From contig CAWFFN010000009.1 of NCBI GenBank assembly GCA_963815115.1, forward strand, positions 46,975 to 78,974: a stretch of 32,000 bases of DNA. Direction: 5' to 3'. This document shows positions 8,529-16,956 of the stretch, in pieces. Below the pieces are notes generated by a model. It saw nothing but the letters and a program-made list of their open reading frames with translations, had not been told where the DNA came from and ran no database searches. Source of the DNA: an uncultured delta proteobacterium. GTDB taxonomy: Bacteria; Desulfobacterota; Binatia; DP-6. Position 1 is the first letter of the stretch; each line of letters opens with the position of its first letter. The position numbers and the translations under genes were made by a program.

Positions 8529-11500
8529 TCACGACGCAGGCTCGGGATGTGCGAGGTCGGTCACCGACCCGAGCTCGATCTCCACCGTGGGCGCCGAGTC
8601 CCCCTGCGACTCGGCCGGTGCAGACGCGGGCGCCGCCGGGCGCCGCACGATGCGCTGTGCGGCGATCCCGTGCTGCTCGCGGAGCAGCCCCTCGACGCGG
8701 CCGAGCCGTGCGGCGGCGAGCTGCTGGATGCGCTGCGCCGTCGGTGCCGGCCGCTGTCCGAGCCACTCCTCCAGGGTCTTGGCATCGTCGGCGTCGAGCT
8801 CGTCCTTCTTGCCCTCCTCGTGCGCGGCGAGGGCATCACGGATGCGGTCGCGCATGCCGCGCTTCGGCAGGTTCTTCATGAAGCCGATGACGCCCTGGGG
8901 CGCGCCCAGCTCCTGGAGAAGGGCGTGCTCGCGCATCCAGCGGACGTCCGCGGCGGTGGGCGTCGTCTCCAGCGCGACGCCCAGGCCGGGACGATCACCC
9001 AGGAACTTCGCGAGCTGCCCGATCTGCTTGGCGCCTTCCTCGGTGAGCTCGTCACGTCCGAGCCGGAAGGTGATCGGCGCCGGCGCAGACGGCACCTTGT
9101 CGCCGGAGAAGATCGCGCCCACGAGCTTCAATGGCGACGTGAGCGCCCCCATCAGCGCCCGGCGCAGCGCACCGGCGATGATGGTGAAGTAGCCGATGTG
9201 CATACCCTGCTCGTCCCCCTCGACCGGGATGTCGAGCTTGATGTCACCCTGCAGGTCGCGCAGCAGCGCCAGCGCCATGGTGATCGGGATGCCGAACTGC
9301 TCCTTGAACAGCGAGTCACCCGCACGGCTGCCCAGGTCGAAGTCGTGCAGCGTCACGGTGCTCGCCGTGTCGTACTTTCCCTTGCCGAAGGAGGCCTTCG
9401 TCGTGAGGTCGAGGCGGCCGCGTCTGATGCTGTACGACGAGAACGTGGTCGCGTAGGGGTTGAACTGCTGGAGCGGGATCTCGCGGCCGTCGATCTGGAC
9501 GGTGCCGCCGCTCGGCGTCAGCGCCCCGGTGATGACGATCTTGCCCTTCCGGGCGCTGGTCGCCGCCACCCGCAGCTGGCTCGCCGTCATCGCCGGCCAG
9601 CGGAGCTTCGTGATGTCGATGTCGAGCGCCGTCAGGCCGCCGTTGTAGAAGGGCCTCACGGTGCGGTCGGTCACGCCGATCTTGCCGTCCGTGAGGCGGA
9701 AGCGGTCGACGTCGAGCTCGAGCCCGGGCGGGGCGGATCCGCCCGCAGCGGGAGCAGGCGCAGGCGGTGGAGGCGGGGAGGCGGCCGGTGCCGGTGGCGG
9801 GGCGTGGGCCGGCGCGGTCTCGTTGGCGGCGGTGACCGCGACGGGAGGCGGAGGGCTCGGCGAGCCGAAGGACGGCAGCAGCAGGCCCTCTGCGACCCTG
9901 GTGACCTGCACCCTCGGCGAAGCGAGCGTGACCTCGCCCAGGCTGACGCGCGTCGGGCCCCCAGCGGGCCCCTGTGCGGCGAGGTCGTCGATCCCCACCG
10001 TGATGGCGCGCGCGCCGACCGCGAACTCCTTGGGGTCCGCTCCGGCGACGGCCGGCTCGGCGAAAGCCAGCCTGCCCTTCAGACGGAGGGCGCCGCTTCC
10101 GAAGCCCGGGGCGCCGGGACCCGGCGCGACCAGGTCGTCCAGGGTCACGTCCACGCCGCGCGCACGCACGTCGAGCTTGCCGGCGCGCTCCTCGTCGACC
10201 CGTGGCTCGGCGATCGTGAGCCGGGCGTCGCGCAGGCGAACGTCGCCGGGAGCTCCTCCCATCGCCCCGGGGACGAGCAGCTCGCCGATCCCGAGGTCGA
10301 AGCCGCGGGCCTGCACGTCCAGGGTGCTCGGCTGGGCGCCGGTCACCCGTGGCTCCGCGACGGAGAGCTTCGCCTTCGCAAGGCGCATCGGGGCGGTGAC
10401 CTTCGTGTGGTCGGTCGCGAGGAGTCCGGGCAGCACGAAATCGCCCGCCGCGAAGTCGAGCTTGCGGATGCCGACGTCGAGCGCGCTTCCACCGGCGTCG
10501 CCCACCAGGAGATCGCCCACCGCCAGCTTTCCACGCAGGCGCAAGGAGCCACCGTCCGGCGGTGGCGTTCCGACTCCTGGCAGCGTCATCTCGTCGATGC
10601 CTGCGTCGAGCGAGCCTGCGCGGAGATCGATCTTGGTCGGCTGCGTCCGGGCGACGCGCATGTCCTGCAGCGTGACCGTGCCGCCGGTGAGGCGCGCATC
10701 GGCGGTCGCCGGGGGGCCCGAGGCCGGGAGCGCTCCCGGCAGCACCAGCTGGCCGATGCCGAACTCCAGGCGTTTGGCGCCGAACTCGGTGGTCGGTCCG
10801 CCGGCGCCCGCGAGCTGGGCGTCGTCGAAGGCGATGGTGCCCTTCACGACCACGTCGCCTCGCGTCGGGGCCAGCACCCCCGCGGCGATCCCCAGGTCGG
10901 TGCCGAGGAGCGCGCTCTGCACGACACCGGGCGGGAAAGCCCCAGCGGTTGCCACGATGTCGGGCAGGGCGACGTGCTCCGCGCGCACCGAGCCGTCGAA
11001 GCCGACCGGCTGGATATGGGCCTTGCCGTCGAGCGTGATGGTGCCGCCGTCGCCGAGCGTGAGCACGAGCAAGATCGCGGCGGGATCCTCGCCCTCGCTG
11101 CGCACGTTCCTGGCCGTGAGCGTGCAGCCGGCGTCGAACGTCGCGTCCGGGCTGATGACGTGCAGAAGGGAGTCCCAGACCCGGATCAGACCCACGGACC
11201 ATTGCCATGGCGTGGTTTCCGCGGTGGCCTGCGCCGGGGGCGGCGCAGGCGGAGGCGGCGTCGCGGCATCCGGGACCTGCTGACCGCTCCGGGCGTTCGG
11301 CGACTTGCCCGTTACCACCCTCTCGATGAACGGGAACACCACTCCCCCGCGTGCCCGCGTCACCAGGTACGAACCCTCGAGGTCGACGACGCGCACGACG
11401 GCGCGGTGCCCGGCCAGATCGATGGGATCGACCCGCACCGCGAGCCGCTTCCAGGCGAGCGCGGGGCCGTTCAGAACCGGGACGTCGAGGGTGAGGCCGT

Positions 11501-12377
11501 CGACGGTGACCTGGCCGCGCACCTCGTTGCGTCCGCCCGTTTCCAGCGTGTAGTCGAGCGCGCCGCCGAACTCCCCCCGGAGCTCGCTCCACCCCACATC
11601 GGGCACGTACACGCGGGTGCGGCGGAGCGGCAGCCGGCGAGCTTTCAGGTGCGAGGTCAGCGCGAAGCCGCCGTCGTCGCGCGGCAGCAGGGTGGCGTCG
11701 AGCACGAATCGCCCCTCGTCGACTCCCGCACGCAGCAACACGTGCGCCGGGCCGCCGTACACGTCGGGCCGGAAGGCGATGTCCTTCACCTCGAAGCTGC
11801 CGAGCGACAGCTCGATCGGCTCCACGTCGGCGATCGTCAGGTCGCGGAAGCGCACGCCGCCGTCGCTCAGCACGATGCGGTCGACGCCGAATCCCCAACC
11901 CGGCTTCGCCGGCGCTTTTTCCTTGGTGCCGGCCGGTTGCTCGGGGACGGGCTCGGTCGAGCTGGCGGGCACCAGGCCCATCAGGTTGATCTCGCCGTCC
12001 TGCAGGCGGTCGACCGCCACCCGCGGCGATTCGAGGACGACTTCCCGGAGCTGGATCGTCTTGCGCAGGAGTGGCAGCCAGCGGACGGCCGTTTCGAAAC
12101 GCTTCCACGCGACGAGCGGCGGGTCGCCCGTGTCGTGCTCGGGGGACCAGCCGGTGGGATGCACGGTGACGTCGTCCAGCGCGATGCCGGCGCGGTAGAG
12201 CGCGAGGTCGACGTCGCCGATGTCCACCCGGGCATTGACCGCTTTCGAGGCCTGCGAGGCGAGGATCGGACGCAGGGCATATGGCAGGACCACGCGCAGC
12301 ACGAGGACCGCTCCCAGCACGGCGAGCCACAGACGCCGGGAGCGGAGACGGGCCGGCCATGCGAAGCGGCGTGCCAT
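8529..12377 (-). CDS. very large DUF748 / AsmA-like envelope protein (N-terminal membrane anchor, repetitive beta-rich body)
   Basis: 1282 aa. N-terminal anchor RRLWLAVLGAVLVLRVVLPYAL is followed by ...VDIGDVDLALYRAGIALDDVTV, typical of DUF748/AsmA-type proteins. There are repeated ~40-aa modules (L..A.L.(V/I)AEPRV......K(L/I)DV.A.G.D.......L..PG), Pro/Ala-rich linkers, and a second DUF748-like part near the C-terminus. Confidence 0.8.
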   Translation of the reverse strand: MARRFAWPARLRSRRLWLAVLGAVLVLRVVLPYALRPILASQASKAVNARVDIGDVDLALYRAGIALDDVTVHPTGWSPEHDTGDPPLVAWKRFETAVRWLPLLRKTIQLREVVLESPRVAVDRLQDGEINLMGLVPASSTEPVPEQPAGTKEKAPAKPGWGFGVDRIVLSDGGVRFRDLTIADVEPIELSLGSFEVKDIAFRPDVYGGPAHVLLRAGVDEGRFVLDATLLPRDDGGFALTSHLKARRLPLRRTRVYVPDVGWSELRGEFGGALDYTLETGGRNEVRGQVTVDGLTLDVPVLNGPALAWKRLAVRVDPIDLAGHRAVVRVVDLEGSYLVTRARGGVVFPFIERVVTGKSPNARSGQQVPDAATPPPPAPPPAQATAETTPWQWSVGLIRVWDSLLHVISPDATFDAGCTLTARNVRSEGEDPAAILLVLTLGDGGTITLDGKAHIQPVGFDGSVRAEHVALPDIVATAGAFPPGVVQSALLGTDLGIAAGVLAPTRGDVVVKGTIAFDDAQLAGAGGPTTEFGAKRLEFGIGQLVLPGALPASGPPATADARLTGGTVTLQDMRVARTQPTKIDLRAGSLDAGIDEMTLPGVGTPPPDGGSLRLRGKLAVGDLLVGDAGGSALDVGIRKLDFAAGDFVLPGLLATDHTKVTAPMRLAKAKLSVAEPRVTGAQPSTLDVQARGFDLGIGELLVPGAMGGAPGDVRLRDARLTIAEPRVDEERAGKLDVRARGVDVTLDDLVAPGPGAPGFGSGALRLKGRLAFAEPAVAGADPKEFAVGARAITVGIDDLAAQGPAGGPTRVSLGEVTLASPRVQVTRVAEGLLLPSFGSPSPPPPVAVTAANETAPAHAPPPAPAASPPPPPAPAPAAGGSAPPGLELDVDRFRLTDGKIGVTDRTVRPFYNGGLTALDIDITKLRWPAMTASQLRVAATSARKGKIVITGALTPSGGTVQIDGREIPLQQFNPYATTFSSYSIRRGRLDLTTKASFGKGKYDTASTVTLHDFDLGSRAGDSLFKEQFGIPITMALALLRDLQGDIKLDIPVEGDEQGMHIGYFTIIAGALRRALMGALTSPLKLVGAIFSGDKVPSAPAPITFRLGRDELTEEGAKQIGQLAKFLGDRPGLGVALETTPTAADVRWMREHALLQELGAPQGVIGFMKNLPKRGMRDRIRDALAAHEEGKKDELDADDAKTLEEWLGQRPAPTAQRIQQLAAARLGRVEGLLREQHGIAAQRIVRRPAAPASAPAESQGDSAPTVEIELGSVTDLAHPEPAS

Positions 12378-12411
12378 GGACGCGTCCGGGTCGCTGATGC
12401 CCCTTCACTAA

Positions 12412-12466
12412 CAGTCAATTCACGCCCTTGACAGGCAGGGGCCAGAATTGTACTGAACGGTCGGTA
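12412..12466. promoter_or_regulatory. candidate operator/promoter region in the divergent DUF748 / tetR intergenic spacer
   Basis: CAGTCAATTC (12412-12421) and GAATTGTACTG (12445-12455) are inverted copies differing by a 1-nt indel. They bracket a perfect TTGACA (12428-12433). A second imperfect 16-bp palindrome TACTGAACGGTCGGTA (12451-12466) abuts the tetR ATG. No Shine-Dalgarno is visible, so a leaderless transcript is possible. Confidence 0.35.
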
Positions 12467-13098
12467 TGTCGTCCCGCGAGGGGGTCCCGACGGCCGCGGC
12501 ACCGCGCCGTCAGATGCTGGCGGCCGCCATCGATTGCTTCGCCCGCCACGGCTATCAGGGCACCTCGATCGCACGCATCGCGCGCGAGGCAGGCGTCACC
12601 AAGGGCGCGCTCTACTATCACTTCCGGGACAAGGAAGACCTGCTCTTCGCGGCGGTCACGGAGCGGGTCGGCGAGTTCGAGCGCAAGGTCCTGCGCGACG
12701 TCGGTCCGTCTCGCGATGCGCTGACCACGCTGCGCCGGGTGGTGGACGCGTGCTTCTTCCACGCCACGGTCTCCAACCACCGCCGCTTCATCATCACGCT
12801 CATGGTGGAAGCGCTCGACACCAACCCGCGGCTGTCGGAGGAGTTTCGCCGCATCCTGCGCGGGATGCGTTCCTTCCTGGCCGAGGTCGTTCGCCGCGGC
12901 CAGCACGAGGGATCGCTGCGCGCCGACGTCGACGCCGAGGCGGCCGCCGCGATGATCGCGGGTGGCATCATGGGCGCGGAGATCCAGCACTACCAGGACC
13001 CCGACGAGATCGACCTGCGCGCGGTTCTCGACACGCTCGTGGAGCAGCTGGCCGGCTGGCTGGCGCCCTCCCGTCGCGGGGCGAAGCCGGCAGCCTGA
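12466..13098 (+). CDS. TetR/AcrR-family transcriptional regulator
   Basis: 210 aa. N-terminal HTH AAAIDCFARHGYQGTSIARIAREAGVTKGALYYHFRDKEDLL. Confidence 0.9.
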   Translation: MSSREGVPTAAAPRRQMLAAAIDCFARHGYQGTSIARIAREAGVTKGALYYHFRDKEDLLFAAVTERVGEFERKVLRDVGPSRDALTTLRRVVDACFFHATVSNHRRFIITLMVEALDTNPRLSEEFRRILRGMRSFLAEVVRRGQHEGSLRADVDAEAAAAMIAGGIMGAEIQHYQDPDEIDLRAVLDTLVEQLAGWLAPSRRGAKPAA

Positions 13099-13112
13099 GG
13101 AGGCAACGCACG

Positions 13113-14204
13113 ATGGTGAACTTCAGCCCCAGCGAGGACCAGGAGCTCCTCCGCCAGACCCTGGCGGATTTCGCGCGCGAGGCAGTACGGCCGCACCTGC
13201 GCGAATCCGACGAGAAGAGCGTGACGCCGCCCGAGCTTGCCGCCAAGGCGTGGGAGCTGGGTCTGGTGCAGGAGAGCATCCCCGAGGCACAGGGCGGCTT
13301 CGGCGGCACGCGCTCCGCGGTGAGCGGGACGCTGGTGCTCGAGGAGCTCGCATACGGGGGCCTTGCCCTGGCGCTCCACCTGGTGTCGCCGCGCCTGGTG
13401 ACCGTGCCGCTGCTGGTGGCGGGCACCGAGGCGCAGCGCGCGCAGTGGCTCCCGAAGTTCTCCGGTGCGGAGTTCACCGCCGGCACCGCGGCCATCGTCG
13501 AGCCGCGCTGGGACTTCGATACCTCGAATCCGGCGACCCGCGCCGAGCGCAACGGCGGCGACTGGGTGCTGACGGGCGAGAAGTGCTTCGTGCCGCTGGC
13601 GGATCGCGCCGAGGTGGTGCTGGTGTACGCCGCCACCGGCGACGGGCTGGCAGCGTTCCTGGTCGAGCGCGGAGCCAAGGGGCTCGGCGTGGGCGAGCGC
13701 GAGAAGAACATGGGTGTGAAGGCGCTCGAGACGTTTCCCGTCACGCTGGACGGCGTCCGCGTTCCCGCCGCCGCCCGGCTCGGTGGCGATGGCGCCGACC
13801 TGAGGCCGTTGCTCGACGCGAGCCGCGTCGCGACCGCCGCGGCCGCGGTGGGCGTGGCCCGGGCGGCGTTCGACTACGCTCGCGAGTACGCCAAGGAGCG
13901 CAAGGCGTTCGGCGTGGCGATCGCGCAGAAGCAGGCGATCGCGTTCATGCTGTCGAACATGGCGATCGAGATCGACTCCATGCGGCTGCTCACCTGGGAG
14001 GCGGCCTGGCGGCTCGACAAGGGGCTGCCGGCCACGCGCGAGGCCGTCCTCGCCCGGCAGTACGCGGCGGACCAGGTGCTCAAGATCGCCGACAACGCGC
14101 TCCAGGTGCTGGGTGGCCACGGCTACATCCGTGACCATCTCGTGGAGCTCTTCCTGCGCGACGCGCGCGGCTTCGCCGTCATCGACGGCCTGGCCATCGT
14201 CTGA
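13113..14204 (+). CDS. acyl-CoA dehydrogenase-family protein, variant subunit (canonical YEGT replaced by IDGL, short C-terminus)
   Basis: ATG at 13113 with GAGGAGG 10 nt upstream (residue 194 of ORF 12534-14204). ACAD fold motifs are present: GGFGG, FCVPLAD..., FDYAREYAKERKAFGVAIAQKQAIAFMLSNMAIEIDSMRLLTWEAAW. The protein ends ...GGHGYIRDHLVELFLRDARGFAVIDGLAIV. Confidence 0.9.
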   Translation: MVNFSPSEDQELLRQTLADFAREAVRPHLRESDEKSVTPPELAAKAWELGLVQESIPEAQGGFGGTRSAVSGTLVLEELAYGGLALALHLVSPRLVTVPLLVAGTEAQRAQWLPKFSGAEFTAGTAAIVEPRWDFDTSNPATRAERNGGDWVLTGEKCFVPLADRAEVVLVYAATGDGLAAFLVERGAKGLGVGEREKNMGVKALETFPVTLDGVRVPAAARLGGDGADLRPLLDASRVATAAAAVGVARAAFDYAREYAKERKAFGVAIAQKQAIAFMLSNMAIEIDSMRLLTWEAAWRLDKGLPATREAVLARQYAADQVLKIADNALQVLGGHGYIRDHLVELFLRDARGFAVIDGLAIV

Positions 14205-14221
14205 GACGAGGAGACACGATC

Positions 14222-15454
14222 ATGATCGACTTCGAGCTGTCCGACTCCACCCGCAACGCCCGCAAGATGACCCACATGGTCGCCGAGCAGATGATGCGGC
14301 CCATCTCGCGGCACTGCGACGAGAACGAGCACGAGAAGCCGTGGGATTTCATCAACACGATGTGGAGCGTCTCCAAGTCCACGTCGATGACCGGCAGCAG
14401 CACCGACGGCAAGGACAAGGAGGCGAAGAGAGCATCCTCCGAGGGCCGCACGCTGGCCATGGTGATCGCCGTCGAGGAGCTGTGCTGGGGCGACGTGGGA
14501 CTGTACCTCTCGATCCCGAATCCGGGTCTGGGCGGCGCCGCGGTCGCGGCGGCGGGCACCGCCGAGCAGAAGGAGCGCTTCCTCTCGCGCTTCAAGGGCG
14601 AGAAGCCCACCTGGGGCGCGATGGCCATCACCGAGCCGAGCGCCGGCTCCGATTCGGCCGCCATCCAGGCCACCGCGAAGCGCGACGGCGACCACTGGGT
14701 GCTGAATGGCACGAAGATCTTCTGCACCAGCGGCCTGATGGCGGCGGAGAAGTCGGAGGGCTTCGTGGTGGTGTGGGCGTCGCTCGACCGCTCGGCCGGC
14801 CGCGCCGGCATCCGCGCGTTCGTCGTCGACGCGGGAACGCCCGGCATGTACGTGACCAAGGTCGAGGACAAGCTCGGCATCCGCGCCTCCGACACGGCGA
14901 CGATCGTGCTGGAGGATTGCCGCATCCCGCTCGACAACCTCCTGGGCTCGGCCGAGGTCCCCAAGGCCAGCCAGGGCTTCAAGGGCGTCATGGCCACGTT
15001 CGACGCCACCCGCCCGATCGTGGCGGCCAGCGCGCTCGGCGTCGCGCGCGCGGCGCTCGACTTCGTGCGCGACACGCTGAAGGAGCGCGGCATCGAGGTC
15101 CGCTACGGCGCGCCGCCGCAGACGCTGACCGCGCTCGAGCGCGACTTCATGGAGATGGAAGCGCAGGTGCAGGCGGCCCGCCTGCTCACCTGGCGCGCGG
15201 CCTGGATGATCGACAACGGCATCAAGAACAACCTCGAGGCCTCGATGTGCAAGGCGAAGGCCGGCCTCGTGGTGACCTGGGTCACGCAGAAGGCCGTCGA
15301 GCTGCTCGGTCCACTGGGCTACTCGCGCTCGCTCCTGGTCGAGAAGTGGATGCGCGACGCGAAGATCAGCGACATCTACGAGGGCACGCAGCAGATCAAC
15401 CAGCTCATCATCGCGCGGCGGATCCTCGGGTACTCGTCGGAGGCGCTCCGCTAG
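14222..15454 (+). CDS. acyl-CoA dehydrogenase (canonical catalytic Glu present)
   Basis: 410 aa. Motifs: WGAMAITEPSAGSD, WVLNGTKIFCTSG, and LGPLGYSRSLLVEKWMRDAKISDIYEGTQQINQLIIARRILG. The start lies 17 nt after the previous ACAD stop. Confidence 0.9.
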   Translation: MIDFELSDSTRNARKMTHMVAEQMMRPISRHCDENEHEKPWDFINTMWSVSKSTSMTGSSTDGKDKEAKRASSEGRTLAMVIAVEELCWGDVGLYLSIPNPGLGGAAVAAAGTAEQKERFLSRFKGEKPTWGAMAITEPSAGSDSAAIQATAKRDGDHWVLNGTKIFCTSGLMAAEKSEGFVVVWASLDRSAGRAGIRAFVVDAGTPGMYVTKVEDKLGIRASDTATIVLEDCRIPLDNLLGSAEVPKASQGFKGVMATFDATRPIVAASALGVARAALDFVRDTLKERGIEVRYGAPPQTLTALERDFMEMEAQVQAARLLTWRAAWMIDNGIKNNLEASMCKAKAGLVVTWVTQKAVELLGPLGYSRSLLVEKWMRDAKISDIYEGTQQINQLIIARRILGYSSEALR

Positions 15455-15478
15455 CCGGGAGATCGGGGCGGCCATCGC

Positions 15479-16813
15479 GTGCTCGACGACCTGTCCCGCG
15501 CGCTGTCTCGCGTTCCGGACTACCCGGAGTTCTTCACCCTCGACGAGCTGCGCGCGCGCGCCCGCGCGCTGGTGGCGCAGTTTCCCGGCGTGGCGCGGCT
15601 CGAGACCGTCGGTGCCTCGTCGGAGGGCCGGCCGATCGAGCTGCTCACCGTCGGGCACGGGCGCCGTCCCGTGCTGCTGGTCGGCGTGCCGCATCCGAAC
15701 GAGCCGATCGGCACCCTGACCGTCGACTTCCTCACCCGCCTGCTGTGCGAGGACGAGGAGCTCCGGGCTCGACTGGACGTCACGCTGTACGCCGTGCCGG
15801 TCTCGGACCCCGACGGGCTCGTGCTCAACGAGGGCTGGATGAAGGGGACGTTCTCTCCCCTGCGCTACGCGCTCGAGTTCTACCGGCCGCCGCATCGCGA
15901 GCAGGTGGAGTGGAGCTTCCCGGTCGACTACAAGACGCTGCGCTTCACCACGCCGACGCCCGAGACGGCGGCCGTGATGCGCGTCATGGAGCGGGTGCGG
16001 CCGCAGGTGTTCTACTCGCTGCACAACGCGGGGTTCTGCGGAGTCTACTTCTACGTCTCGCACGAGCGCCCCGCGCTCTTCACCGCCCTGCACGGGCTCG
16101 TCGCCGGCCAGGGGCTGCCGCTCCATCGTGGCGAGCCCGAGGTCCCGTATCTGAAGACGCTGGCGCCGGCGGTCTACGAGCTGTTCTCGATCGAGGACAC
16201 CTACGAGTACCTCGCTCGCACGCTCGACGAGGACCCGGCGGCGATCATCGAGGCCGGCACCTGCGCGGACGACTGGCTGAAGCGCGTGTGCGACGCGTTC
16301 TCGATCGTGTGCGAGCTGCCCTACTACACCGCGCCGGCCCTCGAGGACACGTCGCCCGCGGAGATGACCCGGCGCGAGGCCGTGCTCGCCGGTACCGCCC
16401 GCGGGCTCGCGCTGCACGGCGAGAGCGCCGCCTTCTTCGAGCGCATCGTCGGCCGCGTGCCGGACCATCGCCTGACCCGCTCGGTGCGCGACTACCTGGC
16501 CAAGGCGCCGAAGCGCCTGGCGGCGGAACGCGCCAACGCCCAGGCACCGGCGTACGCACGAACTGCCACGCGTGCCGAGGCGATGGACGCGACCGTGTGC
16601 AGCGTCTTCTACCACACGCTCTACCTGGGCGAGGTGTACCGGCTGGCACGCATGGTCGCCGCGGCCGACGTCGCCGACGCGGTGCGCGCTCGGCTCGCCG
16701 TGCTGACGGCCGAGGTCGAGCGCGAGAGCGCGCTGCGGACGTTGCCGCTGCGTCCCCTGGTCACGGTCCAGGCGGGCGCCGGGCTGCTCGCCCTGACGAC
16801 GGGCGAGGACTGA
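15479..16813 (+). CDS. M14-family zinc carboxypeptidase-like protein, no signal peptide
   Basis: GTG start. The N-terminus reads ...ETVGASSEGRPIELLTVG. Candidate Zn ligands are HPNE (H-x-x-E) and SLHNAG, and the candidate catalytic Glu is in VCELPYY. Co-directional with the ACAD pair, 24 nt downstream. Confidence 0.65.
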   Translation: MLDDLSRALSRVPDYPEFFTLDELRARARALVAQFPGVARLETVGASSEGRPIELLTVGHGRRPVLLVGVPHPNEPIGTLTVDFLTRLLCEDEELRARLDVTLYAVPVSDPDGLVLNEGWMKGTFSPLRYALEFYRPPHREQVEWSFPVDYKTLRFTTPTPETAAVMRVMERVRPQVFYSLHNAGFCGVYFYVSHERPALFTALHGLVAGQGLPLHRGEPEVPYLKTLAPAVYELFSIEDTYEYLARTLDEDPAAIIEAGTCADDWLKRVCDAFSIVCELPYYTAPALEDTSPAEMTRREAVLAGTARGLALHGESAAFFERIVGRVPDHRLTRSVRDYLAKAPKRLAAERANAQAPAYARTATRAEAMDATVCSVFYHTLYLGEVYRLARMVAAADVADAVRARLAVLTAEVERESALRTLPLRPLVTVQAGAGLLALTTGED

Positions 16814-16956
16814 GTCGACGCGCAGGGAACCCGCGCGGCTTCATATGGCGGAGGTTTCAGTGCCGTCGGCCCGACGTATTGGACGGCCGGGCCGGCCGGC
16901 CCGTATGGTCCATCCTGCGATCGCTTTGCGCGGCGCACGCCAGGAGAGGAGAAAGC

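Noticed and set aside
8547-12431. A 1294-aa plus-strand ORF and a 1030-aa minus-strand ORF (9316-12408) overlapping the DUF748 gene
   Set aside because: They have the same Arg/Gly/Asp-rich low-complexity character. The 8529-12377 minus frame has a membrane anchor, structured repeats and balanced composition, so only that frame is called.
16889-16902. A GGGCCGGCCGGCCC perfect palindrome and neighbouring short GC hairpins between the M14 and hydrolase genes
   Set aside because: It is a simple (GGCC)n-type low-complexity sequence, expected by chance at this GC content. There are no flanking conserved blocks or second copy.
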